DNA of 64,000 bases from Candidatus Spyradenecus sp. (GCA_045535075.1 JAZSKX010000018.1:288001-352000); one strand, 5' to 3'. Counted from the stretch's first letter, positions 40,860 to 51,646 are shown. Notes: generated from the sequence alone by a model not told the origin. Translations and numbers: made by a program.

Positions 40860-42068
40860 ATGAGTGAAAATTTCACCGTTGAATACTATTTTGTCGATGC
40901 ACAAGGTTCCCGCAACGGACCGATTAACGAAGCGGATTTTATCGACGAAATTGCAGTCGGGACAATTTCGCCCGAAACGCCGGTTTGGCGCACGGGAGAA
41001 TCCGATTGGCGTCCGTTCGGAGCCGTTCGCAAAATATGGTTTCCACCCCTTGAACAAGAAACTGCCGGCGTTCCCGTGTTTGAGCGCCTCAGTGCCGACA
41101 CGTCGTTCGGCTCGCTTTTCTCCGACACCTGGAGTTTTCTTTTCTCGGGAAATAATTTTTGGATGCTCCTCGCAGGCGGCATCCTCTGGGTTTTAATCGA
41201 AGCGGCAGCATCGACAGTCCTTAGCGAACTGACCACCCTCGTCGTGTCTTTTATCTCCACACTCGTCTTCCTGCTTTTCCTTCGCAAGTGGGATCGCGGC
41301 GAGAAGCCGGAATTCGCCGACCTGTTCCCGCTAAAACAGTTTTTCTTCCTCCCGTGGCTTCGCTCTCTCGGCGCCTCCGTTCTCGCGGGAACGGCCATTT
41401 TTATTCCGACGCTCATCGCCATCCTCATCGGAATCGGAAGCATCGCAAAAATCGCCTACCAGAATCCGGAGCTTCTCGAAAGAAACACACAGCTGACAAA
41501 CACGCTTTTAAACACTCTCCAGCAATACGACACATCGGGACAAACCGGCAAAATCCCGCAAATTGCGATTCAAGGCGAACAGGATGCCGACGAAATGCTT
41601 CCCGAAGTCGAATCTGCCGAGATCGTTTTTCCGGACAGCACGACGCTTGCCAAGGAATTTTCAATTAATGCTGAAATTTTCGAAGAACTCATCGACGGCT
41701 ACGGAGATATGTCGGAAGCCGTTATCGAGTCTCCGATTTTCCCGATCGCATTGATTCTCTCAATCCCGTTCATCGCTCTCAGCATCTTCCTTTCCGTTCG
41801 CCTCGCATTCGTAAGTTATTTCCCGCTCGATGCAGAAACCGGAGTTATCGATTCGTTAAAATATTCATGGAAACTAAGTTCCGGAAAGTTTTGGAAAATC
41901 TTTATCTTCGGCATCCTTTTAGGGATACTTTTCCTCTTCGGAACAATGATTACACTCGGGCTCGGCTACCTTGTCCTTTGCCCTTACATCCTTGTCGCGT
42001 TCCCGGTACTTTACGCCAAGCTAATCAAATCCCGCTCTGATTTGAATATTCCGTCGTCGCGCCTGTAA
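40860..42068 (+). CDS. GYF_2 (DUF4339)-domain polytopic membrane protein
   Basis: YY..GP..I..GTISPETPVWRTG..DWRP, then multiple TMs; SLKYSWKLSSGKFW. Confidence 0.75.
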   Translation: MSENFTVEYYFVDAQGSRNGPINEADFIDEIAVGTISPETPVWRTGESDWRPFGAVRKIWFPPLEQETAGVPVFERLSADTSFGSLFSDTWSFLFSGNNFWMLLAGGILWVLIEAAASTVLSELTTLVVSFISTLVFLLFLRKWDRGEKPEFADLFPLKQFFFLPWLRSLGASVLAGTAIFIPTLIAILIGIGSIAKIAYQNPELLERNTQLTNTLLNTLQQYDTSGQTGKIPQIAIQGEQDADEMLPEVESAEIVFPDSTTLAKEFSINAEIFEELIDGYGDMSEAVIESPIFPIALILSIPFIALSIFLSVRLAFVSYFPLDAETGVIDSLKYSWKLSSGKFWKIFIFGILLGILFLFGTMITLGLGYLVLCPYILVAFPVLYAKLIKSRSDLNIPSSRL

Positions 42069-42188
42069 ACGCGTTCGAAAAGTAAACGAATCACGCAATC
42101 CGGGAAACCTTTCGTTCCCGCGGCTTTAGCTTTCTCTTGCTTTTTGCGGGAAGGAATGAAATGCTTTGCGCCCGTTTTTTTTTCAAAA

Positions 42189-44015
42189 ATGAAAGCAATC
42201 AGAAACATCGCAATCATCGCGCACGTCGACCACGGGAAAACAACGCTTGTCGATAAAATCATCCGACAGGCGAAAATGTTTCGCGACAATCAAACGATGC
42301 AGGAATGCTTTCTCGACAGCAACGATCTCGAACGGGAACGCGGAATTACGATTCTTTCAAAAAATATCTCCATTCAGTATAGGGGCGTAAAAATTAACGT
42401 CATTGACACTCCCGGACACAGCGACTTCGGAGGACAAGTCGAACGCGTGCTCAACCTCACCGACGGTGTTATTTTGCTCGTCGACTCCGCCGAAGGGCCG
42501 ATGCCGCAAACGCGTTTCGTCCTCGAAAAAGCTCTGCGCCTCGGCAAAAAAGCAATTGTTGTCGTCAATAAAATCGACAAACCGGACGCACGTCCGACGG
42601 AAGTCGTCGATGCCGTTTTCGACCTGTTTTGTGAACTTAATGCGAATGAAGATCAGCTCGACTTCCCCCTGCTCTACGCGAGCGGCCGCGACGGTTGGGC
42701 GGTGAAAGATTTGGAAAACGACCCGCGCAATTCGATTGTCCCGCTGCTGGATGCCGTCATCGAACACGTTCCCGCGCCGGCACTCGTCGAAGGTCCGCTC
42801 CAAATGCAAATTGCGACCTTGGATTATTCGGACTACGTCGGGCGTATCGGCATCGGGCGCGTCTCCCGGGGCGAGATTAAACTCAATTCGCCGGTCGTCG
42901 TTCTTGACCGCGACGGGAACGCCCGCAACGCACAAATCAAGCAGCTTTTCACCTTCGAAGGCTTAGAGCGCCAAGACTGTGAAAGCGTCAAATGCGGCGA
43001 CATCTGCGGCGTCGTCGGGATCGAAGATATTTATGTTTCGGACACGATTGCCGACGCGGAAACTCCGGAAATGCTCCCGCCGATTGCAATCGACGAACCG
43101 ACAATTTCGATGATCTTCCGCGTGAACGATTCGCCGTTTTTCGGCAAAGACGGCAAATTCGTCACGGCGCGCCATATCCGCAACCGTTTAATGAAAGAAT
43201 CACAGAGCGACGTTGCTCTGCGCGTCTGCGAAGCCGGGAACGGCGGCGAAATGTTCGAAGTCTCCGGCCGCGGCGTTTTGCATCTCGCAATTCTGATTGA
43301 AACAATGCGACGGGAAGGCTTCGAGCTTGCAGTCTCGCGCCCTCGCGTCATTACCAAAATTGTGGACGGCGTTTTGCACGATCCGATGGAGCAGCTGACA
43401 ATTGACGTTCCCGAGGAATCCGCCGGGAACGTAATCACGCTCGTCGGACAACGTCGCGGCGAAATGACGCACATGGAGACGCGCGGGAATCGCCAGCTCA
43501 TTGAATTTACGATTCCCACGCGCGGAATCATCGGCTTGCGCTCGAAAATTCTCACCGCATCGGCAGGCGAAGCGATTGTTTCGCATCGTTTTGATCATTA
43601 TGCGCCGTTCAAAGGCGACATTCCCGCGCGCATTAACGGCTCGATGGTTTCACTCGGGCAAGGAAAAGCCGTCGCTTACGCCATCGATGCGCTTCAACTG
43701 CGCGGCACGTTTTTTATCGATCCGGGAGAAGAAACTTACGAAGGCATGGTTGTCGGCGAACATTGCAAAGACAAGGATTTACCGGTGAATTTGCAAAAAG
43801 GCAAAGAATTGACGAACATGCGCGCAGCGGGAAGCGACCGGAAAATGAAAATTGCTCCCGCGACGAAACTTTCATTGGAACAGGCCTTGGAATACATCGC
43901 CGACGACGAGCTCGTCGAGGTCACGCCGCATTTCATCCGGCTTCGCAAAATTTATCTGACGGAAGAAGGTCGTAAACGAGCAGCCAAAGCGCTCAAAGAC
44001 GGCGTTCTCGCATAA
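42189..44015 (+). CDS. typA: translational GTPase TypA/BipA
   Basis: AHVDHGKTTLVD; LHLAILIE.MRREG; ELVEVTP..IRLRK. Confidence 0.97.
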   Translation: MKAIRNIAIIAHVDHGKTTLVDKIIRQAKMFRDNQTMQECFLDSNDLERERGITILSKNISIQYRGVKINVIDTPGHSDFGGQVERVLNLTDGVILLVDSAEGPMPQTRFVLEKALRLGKKAIVVVNKIDKPDARPTEVVDAVFDLFCELNANEDQLDFPLLYASGRDGWAVKDLENDPRNSIVPLLDAVIEHVPAPALVEGPLQMQIATLDYSDYVGRIGIGRVSRGEIKLNSPVVVLDRDGNARNAQIKQLFTFEGLERQDCESVKCGDICGVVGIEDIYVSDTIADAETPEMLPPIAIDEPTISMIFRVNDSPFFGKDGKFVTARHIRNRLMKESQSDVALRVCEAGNGGEMFEVSGRGVLHLAILIETMRREGFELAVSRPRVITKIVDGVLHDPMEQLTIDVPEESAGNVITLVGQRRGEMTHMETRGNRQLIEFTIPTRGIIGLRSKILTASAGEAIVSHRFDHYAPFKGDIPARINGSMVSLGQGKAVAYAIDALQLRGTFFIDPGEETYEGMVVGEHCKDKDLPVNLQKGKELTNMRAAGSDRKMKIAPATKLSLEQALEYIADDELVEVTPHFIRLRKIYLTEEGRKRAAKALKDGVLA

Positions 44016-44031
44016 CCCTAACTCTATAAAA

Positions 44032-44247
44032 ATGTTAAGTAACAACGACAAAATCACACGCACGGCACCCGCGATCTGCTCTTTTTTGGGAAGATACGCT
44101 CTTGTCGCATTTTTACTCTGGGCGATGTTCAGCCTCTTTAAGTTCTTTTTTCTCCAATTCGGAATGTTTGTCGGATTTGCGGGAATTCTGTGTGCGATTC
44201 TCACGGTTTCGCTAATCATCGCACTCCCGTTTCTCGCGAAACAATAA
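44032..44247 (+). CDS. small two-TM hypothetical protein
   Basis: 71 aa, hydrophobic, directly after typA. Confidence 0.55.
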   Translation: MLSNNDKITRTAPAICSFLGRYALVAFLLWAMFSLFKFFFLQFGMFVGFAGILCAILTVSLIIALPFLAKQ

Positions 44248-44299
44248 ACCTTATCAATAAAAATCCGACCGGCATCTTTCGGGCGTTGCCGGTCATTGA

Positions 44300-45670
44300 T
44301 CACGTTCCCGCAACCGAAGATTCGCTTTCCGGCGTTTTTCTCCCGAAATCTGCGGGAAGGTGCTTTCGGACTTCGGCGACAAGCCAAAATCCCGGCAAAG
44401 TACATAAAATCGCCCACCAAAAGAAATTTTCGTAACCGAGCCATTCCTGAAATGCTCCGGACCAAAATTTCGGCAACATCACGCCAAGCGCCATAAATCC
44501 CGTGCAAATCGCATAATGAGCGACGGCTCGGCGTGTTCCCGCGCACACATAAAGCATATAAAGCATGTAGCCGGTGAAACCGAATCCGTAGCCGAACTGC
44601 TCAACAACAATACTCGCACCGATAAGCCCAAGCGATTCAGGTTGCCAATGCGCAAGTGCGACGTAAATCAAATCAGGCAAATTTAGCAGAAAAATCATTT
44701 GCCAAAGCCACGCACGCAAACCGTTGCGGGAAACCAGCCAACCGGCGATAACTCCGCCCGCAAGCATCGCAACCACTCCGAACGTTCCGTTAAGCAACCC
44801 GAAAACACGATTATCCAAAGCCAACCCGCCCTGTTCGATCGCATCTTTAAAGAACAACGGCGAGATAACTCCGAGCTGAACTTCGCCGAAACGGAAAAAA
44901 AGCAGGAAGAAAATCAAAAATCCGATGCGTTCTTTTTTAAAAAACGTTTTCCACGTCTCCCAAAAATCCGAGGCAAGTGAAGTCGTTTTTCCGGAAGCCG
45001 GACAATCGTTTGTCGGGAACGGAAGAATCTTTGCGTGGAAAAACGCCAAAAGAGCCGTAAGCACGGCAACGCCCAGCAAAACGTAATTCCACGCCGTTCC
45101 CGCAGCATTCCCGCAAGCAATCAACAAGCCTGCAACCCAGATAATTCCGCCTTTGGCAAAAACCTGAGAAATCCGAAAAAACGTGCTTCGCCAACCGGAA
45201 AAAAATGCCTGCCTTCCCGAATCCAGAGCAAGCATGTAAAATCCGTCGGCAGCGATATCATGCGTCGCGGAAATGACGGCAATCGAAAAAAGAAGCGCGA
45301 CAATCGCCGCCGCGGGAACGCCGAAACTCAGCGCCACGGCAAATCCGGCAAGCAAAAGCGCTCCCGCGAATTGCGTTTTCACAATCCAAGAGCGTTTGCG
45401 CCCAAGGCTGTCCACAAGCGGGCTCCAAAGCGCCTTCAGCACCCACGGCAAATAAGCCCATGCTGCAATAAACGTGATAACCGCGTTCCCGAATCCGAGA
45501 TCTTTCATCGCAACAGGCGCGACGAGATCGACAATTGCATTGGGCAACCCCTGTGTGAAATAAAGCGTCGCCACCCAAAGAGCCGCGACGCCGCGCTGAG
45601 AAATTTTATTTCCCACAAAAAAATTCACGCTTCCGAAAACGGAATTACCGCTCCCGCTAATGACTTTCAA
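44300..45670 (-). CDS. AmpG-like MFS transporter
   Basis: LYFTQGLP, LPWVLKALWSPLVD, SATHDIAADGFY. True start may be slightly downstream. Confidence 0.85.
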   Translation of the reverse strand: MKVISGSGNSVFGSVNFFVGNKISQRGVAALWVATLYFTQGLPNAIVDLVAPVAMKDLGFGNAVITFIAAWAYLPWVLKALWSPLVDSLGRKRSWIVKTQFAGALLLAGFAVALSFGVPAAAIVALLFSIAVISATHDIAADGFYMLALDSGRQAFFSGWRSTFFRISQVFAKGGIIWVAGLLIACGNAAGTAWNYVLLGVAVLTALLAFFHAKILPFPTNDCPASGKTTSLASDFWETWKTFFKKERIGFLIFFLLFFRFGEVQLGVISPLFFKDAIEQGGLALDNRVFGLLNGTFGVVAMLAGGVIAGWLVSRNGLRAWLWQMIFLLNLPDLIYVALAHWQPESLGLIGASIVVEQFGYGFGFTGYMLYMLYVCAGTRRAVAHYAICTGFMALGVMLPKFWSGAFQEWLGYENFFWWAILCTLPGFWLVAEVRKHLPADFGRKTPESESSVAGT

Positions 45671-45815
45671 TCGTCACGCGAGAAGCCGATCCGCCGAGAT
45701 TGATGACTTTCGGTCCGGACGAGCACGCCGTCGCCAAAAGGCAGGCGAGCGCTAACAAAAGCGCACACGCTGCAATCTTTCCGGCGCGTTCCCGCGAATG
45801 CTTATTTACCTGCAT
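45657..45815 (-). CDS. putative small lipoprotein
   Basis: MQVNKHSRER...ALLLALACLLATA-CSSGPK; overlaps both neighbours in an operon-like way. Confidence 0.45.
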   Translation of the reverse strand: MQVNKHSRERAGKIAACALLLALACLLATACSSGPKVINLGGSASRVTIESH

Positions 45816-46584
45816 TGCCGGCATCTTTCCCAAGCGTTTTTTCGCCGAAAGCATCCACCGCCTTGAAAAGTTTGTGGAAGAAATCGGCAACCGTCACGTT
45901 GAGCGAAAGCATTTCACTGTTCGTCAAATCAATGGAGTCGCCAACCTTGAATGCCCGACGCGTGTCCGCCAAGCGAACTTCCGGCTTGTCTTCCGGCTTG
46001 AGCGGCTGAATCGTTTGAACGGTTTTAAATTCGAAGGCAAGCTCGCCGTCGTCATCAACATCTTCCGCAGAAACAACGCCGTTGCGTTGCATCAGCGCAC
46101 GAAGCGCAATCCCGAGTGTCGTTACCGCATCTTCGAGAGAATTCGTAATCCCGAATTCTTTTTCAAAAGCCTCAAACTTATCGGGGATTGACGAATTAAC
46201 AAACGCACCTTGCTTTTGCCCGACAAGTTCATTGGTCGCCTTCGGATCTTTTTCCATCGCCGCCTTGTTCGCGATAAGCGTGCAAAGCAAATGGCAATTA
46301 TCCATACACGCCGCCGCAAGTCCGAGCAAATCATTGAGCGACTGGCGAAGAATCAGACCGTGGACATAGCCCTTCATCGCCTCAAACGGCATGTGCACGG
46401 GAGCAACCGGCATAATGCGCGTCATCCCGCTAAACGTATCATAATTTTCGGCACTGACCGACTGGGATGCCGCAAGATTGAATGCGAGCAAATCAAATTG
46501 GCGCTGGAGTGCGCCGAGAAAATGGCGGCTGATCGCCTGCAAGCTGATGACCTGTTGTTTCGGATTGTTTTGTTCTTCGGACAT
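45802..46584 (-). CDS. hypothetical cytoplasmic protein
   Basis: 260-aa ORF from MSEEQ with natural composition. Confidence 0.75.
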   Translation of the reverse strand: MSEEQNNPKQQVISLQAISRHFLGALQRQFDLLAFNLAASQSVSAENYDTFSGMTRIMPVAPVHMPFEAMKGYVHGLILRQSLNDLLGLAAACMDNCHLLCTLIANKAAMEKDPKATNELVGQKQGAFVNSSIPDKFEAFEKEFGITNSLEDAVTTLGIALRALMQRNGVVSAEDVDDDGELAFEFKTVQTIQPLKPEDKPEVRLADTRRAFKVGDSIDLTNSEMLSLNVTVADFFHKLFKAVDAFGEKTLGKDAGNAGK

Positions 46585-46675
46585 AATCTCTAAAATGCAA
46601 TCGTCAAAACCCCGTTCCCGCAATGCAATTTTCTAAAGAATACGAAAACTCCGCTCCGCCTTGCCCACAAGGGTG

Positions 46676-46720
46676 AAAATTGTCCGCAGACGCCCGAAAC
46701 AGACTTCCGCGGACAATTTT
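46676..46720. terminator. 12-bp inverted repeat downstream of the uvrA-like gene
   Basis: AAAATTGTCCGC ... GCGGACAATTTT. Confidence 0.6.
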
Positions 46721-46795
46721 CTATGGGAATGTCTGTCTATATATTCGTTCCGAATCTCCGAAAATCACGCGACACCCGAAAAAATCTTTTAATTT

Positions 46796-49486
46796 TCATT
46801 TGAGACAAGTTTTCAAATACGGAGCAGTCGGCGAACGCTTAATTTTCAACAAACCGTTCGGGGCGCCTTGGTAGAGGACGTAGCCGCCGTCGTTCCCGCC
46901 GACGGGACCGATTTCGACAATCCAATCCGCTTCGGCAATCACATCCAAATGATGCTCAACAATGATGATTGTGTGCCCCTCATCGGCGAGGCGATGCACA
47001 AGCTTGAGCAGCTTCACGCAATCTGCCTGATGCAAGCCGATTGTCGGCTCTTCGAGAATGTAGCAATTTTTCTTCATCGCCTCGGCTCCGCCCTTACCCA
47101 TGCGTTCTTTCCACGACGGGAGCGCGGTAACAAGCTCGCTGACAAGTTTGAGGCGTTGCGATTCTCCGCCCGAAAGCGTCGGCGAACTCTGCCCGAGCGT
47201 CAGATAGCCGAGTCCGCATTCGCACATGAGCGTGCAGATTTCCTGAAGTTTTTTGTGAAAGGAGAAAAATTCAGCGGCCTCGGCGAAAGTCATCGCAAGC
47301 ACATCGGCGATATTCTTCCCGTTCCAACGAATATCTTCGACGGCGGGCGAATAACGCGTTCCCGCGCAATCTTCGCAAACGACGTTGGCATCAGGCATAA
47401 AATTCATTTCGAGTTTGATGCTTCCCGCGCCGGCGCAGGTTTCGCAGCGTCCGCCCTTGGTATTAAAGGAAAAAAATCCCGCACCGTACCCGCGCATTTG
47501 CGATTCGGGCAAAGTCGCGAAAACATTTCTGATAATATCGAACGCGCCGATGTATGTCGCCGGCGTCGAACGCGATGTTTTGCCGATAGGCTCCTGCGAG
47601 ACAACGACAATTTTGCGAAAATGCTCAACGCCGGAAACCTCGTCGAAGGCAAGTTGCTCGTCGTCATCAGCAATAATGCGTTCCCGCAAAGCATGTTTTC
47701 CGGAAAGTGTTTTCATTTTTCCCGAAACGGCAAAAGCAAGCGACGGCGCAAGCAAGTCGCTCACAAGCGTGGATTTTCCCGCTCCGGAAACGCCGCAGAC
47801 GACGCTTACGCAGCCGACGGGGAAACGGACATCTTCGCCTTTCAGATTGCGTAAGCAGGCATTTTTAATTTCGACAACGGGAACATTTCTTACATTGCGA
47901 CGCTTCCCGCGCATCGGATGCACGATGCCTTCCCGCAAAAATTTCAGGGTCAAAGAATTTTTCTCTTTTTGCGCGCCGGATTCCAAATCATTCGGCGTTC
48001 CCGCGAAAAGAATCTCGCCTCCGTGCGTTCCCGCGCCGGGGCCCAAGTCAATCACGCGGTCGGCGGCGCGCATCGTTTCTTCGTCGTGCTCGACAACAAG
48101 CAATCCGTTTCCGCGATCGCGCAGATTTTTCAGCGATTTGATTAAATCAGCGTTGTCGCAGGGATGAAGCCCGATGCTGGGTTCGTCCAAGACGTAAAGT
48201 ACGCCGGAAAGATTGGAGCCGAGCTGCGCCGCGAGACGAATGCGTTGTGCTTCGCCGCCGGAAAGCGTATTGCTTGCACGATCAAGCGAAAGATAGCTCA
48301 ACCCGACACCGTCAAGAAACTTCAGACGGGAACGAATTTCGGGAACGACACGTGCGGCGATTGCCTTTCCGCGAGCATCAAGCTCAAGGCATTCTAAGCT
48401 CGCGAGCAATTTTTTCGGTGTCATTGCCAACAATTCCGGCAACGAGCACTCTGTCGTTTTCTTTCCGTTTCTAATGCTTACCGAAACTGCGCGAGAAAGC
48501 GGATTGAGCCGTGCGCCGCCGCACTCCGGGCAACGCTTCGCGGAAACGACGTCCGACAATGCATCCTCGTTCAACGCGCCTTCCTTCGCGCCCCAAGATT
48601 CGACAATGCGCCCGTGCCCGCGACAAGCCGGGCACCATCCGCGCGGAGAATTCCACGAAAAATCTTTCGGATCAAGTTCGGGAAATGCTTCCCCGGTTTT
48701 AGGGTCGATACGTTCCCGGGAAAACCATTCCAACGCGTTCCCGCGATCGTCCAAAACAACGCAAGATTTCTTTCCCAGCTCTAGCGCCTTTTTGACGGAA
48801 GCAACGATATCTTTTCCGCGTTTCAAATCACAAAGCACCAATTCGATGTCGTGTTCGCGATAGCGATCCAATGGTTTGAAATCCCGAAGCTCGATTAATT
48901 GCCCATCGGCACGCATCCGCTCAAATCCGTGTTCGATTGCCCAAGTCGCCAACGGGCCGTGGTGCCCCTTGCGATTGCGAATGACCGGCGCGGCAAGCCA
49001 AAGCGCTTTTGCCGATTTTGATTTTTCCCGAACCAATGCTTCGATGCGGCGCACAACATCGTCAAGCGTTCCCGCGACCAAGGGCGTTCCCGTGAGCGGA
49101 TTGTGCATGATGCCGATTTTCGCAAAAAGCAAACGCAGGTATTGTGCGACCTCGGTGACGGTTGCAACCGTGGATTTGGCGCTCCCGCGCGTAACGCGTT
49201 GTTCGATGGCGACAGTCGGCGGCAAGCCCTCGATAACATCAGCGTCCGGGCGCGGCAACTGCTCGACGAATTGGCGGGCGTATGCGCTCATGCATTCCAT
49301 GAAGCGGCGTTGTCCTTCGGCAAAAACGACATCGAACGCGAGCGTCGATTTCCCGGAGCCGGAAAGCCCGGTAACGACAACCAATTCGTTCAGCGGAATA
49401 TCAAGAGACACATTTTTCAGATTGTGTTCCCGCACTCCGCGCAGGCGAATCACGCTTGAATCAGCCCAATCGTCGTTCGATTTCAT
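46796..49486 (-). CDS. uvrA: excinuclease ABC subunit A-like ATPase
   Basis: EHNLKN, GLSGSGKS, CxxC zinc motifs, LSGGEAQR, GVSGAGKS, LSGGESQR. Confidence 0.88.
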   Translation of the reverse strand: MKSNDDWADSSVIRLRGVREHNLKNVSLDIPLNELVVVTGLSGSGKSTLAFDVVFAEGQRRFMECMSAYARQFVEQLPRPDADVIEGLPPTVAIEQRVTRGSAKSTVATVTEVAQYLRLLFAKIGIMHNPLTGTPLVAGTLDDVVRRIEALVREKSKSAKALWLAAPVIRNRKGHHGPLATWAIEHGFERMRADGQLIELRDFKPLDRYREHDIELVLCDLKRGKDIVASVKKALELGKKSCVVLDDRGNALEWFSRERIDPKTGEAFPELDPKDFSWNSPRGWCPACRGHGRIVESWGAKEGALNEDALSDVVSAKRCPECGGARLNPLSRAVSVSIRNGKKTTECSLPELLAMTPKKLLASLECLELDARGKAIAARVVPEIRSRLKFLDGVGLSYLSLDRASNTLSGGEAQRIRLAAQLGSNLSGVLYVLDEPSIGLHPCDNADLIKSLKNLRDRGNGLLVVEHDEETMRAADRVIDLGPGAGTHGGEILFAGTPNDLESGAQKEKNSLTLKFLREGIVHPMRGKRRNVRNVPVVEIKNACLRNLKGEDVRFPVGCVSVVCGVSGAGKSTLVSDLLAPSLAFAVSGKMKTLSGKHALRERIIADDDEQLAFDEVSGVEHFRKIVVVSQEPIGKTSRSTPATYIGAFDIIRNVFATLPESQMRGYGAGFFSFNTKGGRCETCAGAGSIKLEMNFMPDANVVCEDCAGTRYSPAVEDIRWNGKNIADVLAMTFAEAAEFFSFHKKLQEICTLMCECGLGYLTLGQSSPTLSGGESQRLKLVSELVTALPSWKERMGKGGAEAMKKNCYILEEPTIGLHQADCVKLLKLVHRLADEGHTIIIVEHHLDVIAEADWIVEIGPVGGNDGGYVLYQGAPNGLLKIKRSPTAPYLKTCLK

Positions 49487-50108
49487 TTTTTAGTTTTTCG
49501 GAAATTACGTCCGCCGAATCATTCGCTTCAACGACAAAAAATCGCTGCGGAAATTTTTCGGCAAGCTTAAGATAAGCGGCACGCACACGCTCATAAAACG
49601 CAAGTTCCATGGTTTCCATGCGATCTTGTTTGTCTCCGTTTTCTCCGGCACGGGAACGCACGCGCGCAAAACCGACGGACGGATCCAAATCGAGCAAAAC
49701 CGTCAAATCCGGCTCCAAGCCTCCGGTAGCAAATCGGTTGACGGCGGAAACGGCGGCCTCGCCGAGTCCGCGCCCGGCACCTTGATAGGCGACGGAAGAA
49801 TCCGTAAAGCGATCCGAAATTACATAAACGCCGCGTTCCAACGCGGGAACGATGACCTCGCGAACGAGTTGCGCGCGCGCCGCCGAAAACAAAAGCGCTT
49901 CGGCTTCCTGCGTCAGCGTATCGCCGTAATCAGCGAATTTCAGAATCTTGCGGACATCCTCGCCGAGCGCGGTTCCGCCGGGTTCCCGCGTAAGCAAAAC
50001 CTCTTTTCCGCGTTCCCGCAGAAACGCCGCCAAGCGCGTAATTTGCGTGGTTTTTCCGACGCCTTCTCCGCCTTCAAAAGAAATAAATCGTCCGCGTTGT
50101 GTTCCCAT
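49461..50108 (-). CDS. tmk: thymidylate kinase
   Basis: FISFEGGEGVGKTTQ, TREPGG, DRFTDSSVAYQG. Confidence 0.95.
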   Translation of the reverse strand: MGTQRGRFISFEGGEGVGKTTQITRLAAFLRERGKEVLLTREPGGTALGEDVRKILKFADYGDTLTQEAEALLFSAARAQLVREVIVPALERGVYVISDRFTDSSVAYQGAGRGLGEAAVSAVNRFATGGLEPDLTVLLDLDPSVGFARVRSRAGENGDKQDRMETMELAFYERVRAAYLKLAEKFPQRFFVVEANDSADVISEKLKNEIERRLG

Positions 50109-50273
50109 TGTATTTATATTCAGTTCTTTTACCTGCGGGCGCAAAAGGAAAATTCTCAAAGAGGAAAGCCCTGATTCGCTTAGACGAAAAAAACCGGCAA
50201 ATTCCGATTCTCGTCTAAGCAAAAATCCGGAAAGCGCCGGTTTCATCATAAATTCGGATGCTTCGTCCTTTTC

Positions 50274-51566
50274 TTAGGATTTCGAATTTGTAATTTCGGA
50301 AAGGCTTCGAACTCGATTATGCGCGATCGGCGTCCATTCCACTTTTTTGAACAATGCCGTAATTGCAATCGGCAAATAAGTCAGCATAAAAATCGGGAAC
50401 GTGAACATGTAAAAGAGCTTCTTAAATGCGCCGCAGTGAATTTTCTTCCATTGCGTTGCGGTTGTAATCGCGCCGATTACCCAAAGCGTCCAATACATTC
50501 CGCTGAACGTTCCCAAAATGCTGAGTCCGATATTGCCGATATCCCAGCCGAGAATAAGCCCCGTAACGATCCCGATGAGGCAATTCAGAAGTGTCAGCAT
50601 GCTGATGACAAGCGCCGGCATAATCGTCATCGTCATGTCGTAACAGGACGTGAATTTCGAGGTGAAGAGGTTTTTAAGCAGGCTTCCTCCGAATTTTCCC
50701 CAAACCTGAATATACCCCTTTGCCCAACGCAGGCGCTGTCTCCAGGATTGCGAAAAAGTAACCGGCTGTTCGTCGTAAAGCTCGGCATAGCGGGCGTAGC
50801 CGATTTTGCGCCCGTTAACGACGTTATAAACCGTAAATTCGATATCTTCCGTAAGCAGGAAGAATTTCCACCCGCCGGTTTCCCGAATGACCTTCGACGA
50901 GAACATGAATCCCGTTCCCGAAACGGCGCAACTCGTATTGAGCAACATGCGGGCGTGATTCAAATACTCGCTTTCCCGCAAAAACCAAAGCGCGTAGCCG
51001 GCGCTGATCCAATTATCCCCGAAGTTTTTCGAATTCCGATAACTCGTAACGACTTCGTAGCCATCGGAAAACGTCTTGTTCATTTCCTCGAGGTAATGCG
51101 GATCGAGCACATTATCCGCATCGAAAACGACATAGGCGTCAAAATGTGAATCGCCGTAATCGCGCACGATATTCGAGTAAAGCATGTCGAGCGCATAGCC
51201 CTTCCCGACAAGTTCCTTATTAAAACGTTCGTAAACAACCGCACCGCCTTCCCGCGCGACTTTCGCCGTTTCGTCGGTGCAGTTATCCGCAATTACAAAA
51301 ATCGTGAAAAGCGCACGGTCATACGTTTGTTTGTTCAGGCTTTCCAACAATAACGGAAGCACACACTGCTCGTTTCGCGCGGAAATTAAAACGGCAATCC
51401 GATTCGGGCGTGCCGGCTTGTGCGGGCGATCCCGCATGATAAAAGACACCGCAATGTAGAAAAACTGATACAGGTAGCAGACAAGAAACGTCATGCTGAG
51501 TATCGCATTGACGGCAACAAACAAAAAATCCCCCGAAAGGTCTATGGGCTGAGAGTTCAATGTCAT
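50274..51566 (-). CDS. processive GT2 glycosyltransferase (cellulose-synthase-like)
   Basis: ADNCTD, FDAD, TED, QRLRW; flanking TMs. ATG at 51566 or TTG at 51590. Confidence 0.88.
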   Translation of the reverse strand: MTLNSQPIDLSGDFLFVAVNAILSMTFLVCYLYQFFYIAVSFIMRDRPHKPARPNRIAVLISARNEQCVLPLLLESLNKQTYDRALFTIFVIADNCTDETAKVAREGGAVVYERFNKELVGKGYALDMLYSNIVRDYGDSHFDAYVVFDADNVLDPHYLEEMNKTFSDGYEVVTSYRNSKNFGDNWISAGYALWFLRESEYLNHARMLLNTSCAVSGTGFMFSSKVIRETGGWKFFLLTEDIEFTVYNVVNGRKIGYARYAELYDEQPVTFSQSWRQRLRWAKGYIQVWGKFGGSLLKNLFTSKFTSCYDMTMTIMPALVISMLTLLNCLIGIVTGLILGWDIGNIGLSILGTFSGMYWTLWVIGAITTATQWKKIHCGAFKKLFYMFTFPIFMLTYLPIAITALFKKVEWTPIAHNRVRSLSEITNSKS

Positions 51567-51616
51567 ATCAAAAAATGGCGTCTTACTCAAAAGAGCCTAA
51601 ATTTGTGCTTTCCGTC

Positions 51617-51646
51617 ATTATACGCGCGTTCCGCAGAAAACTACAA
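51617..51646 (-). promoter_or_regulatory. sigma70-like promoter of the GT2 gene
   Basis: Minus strand TTGTAG-N18-TATAAT. Confidence 0.5.
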
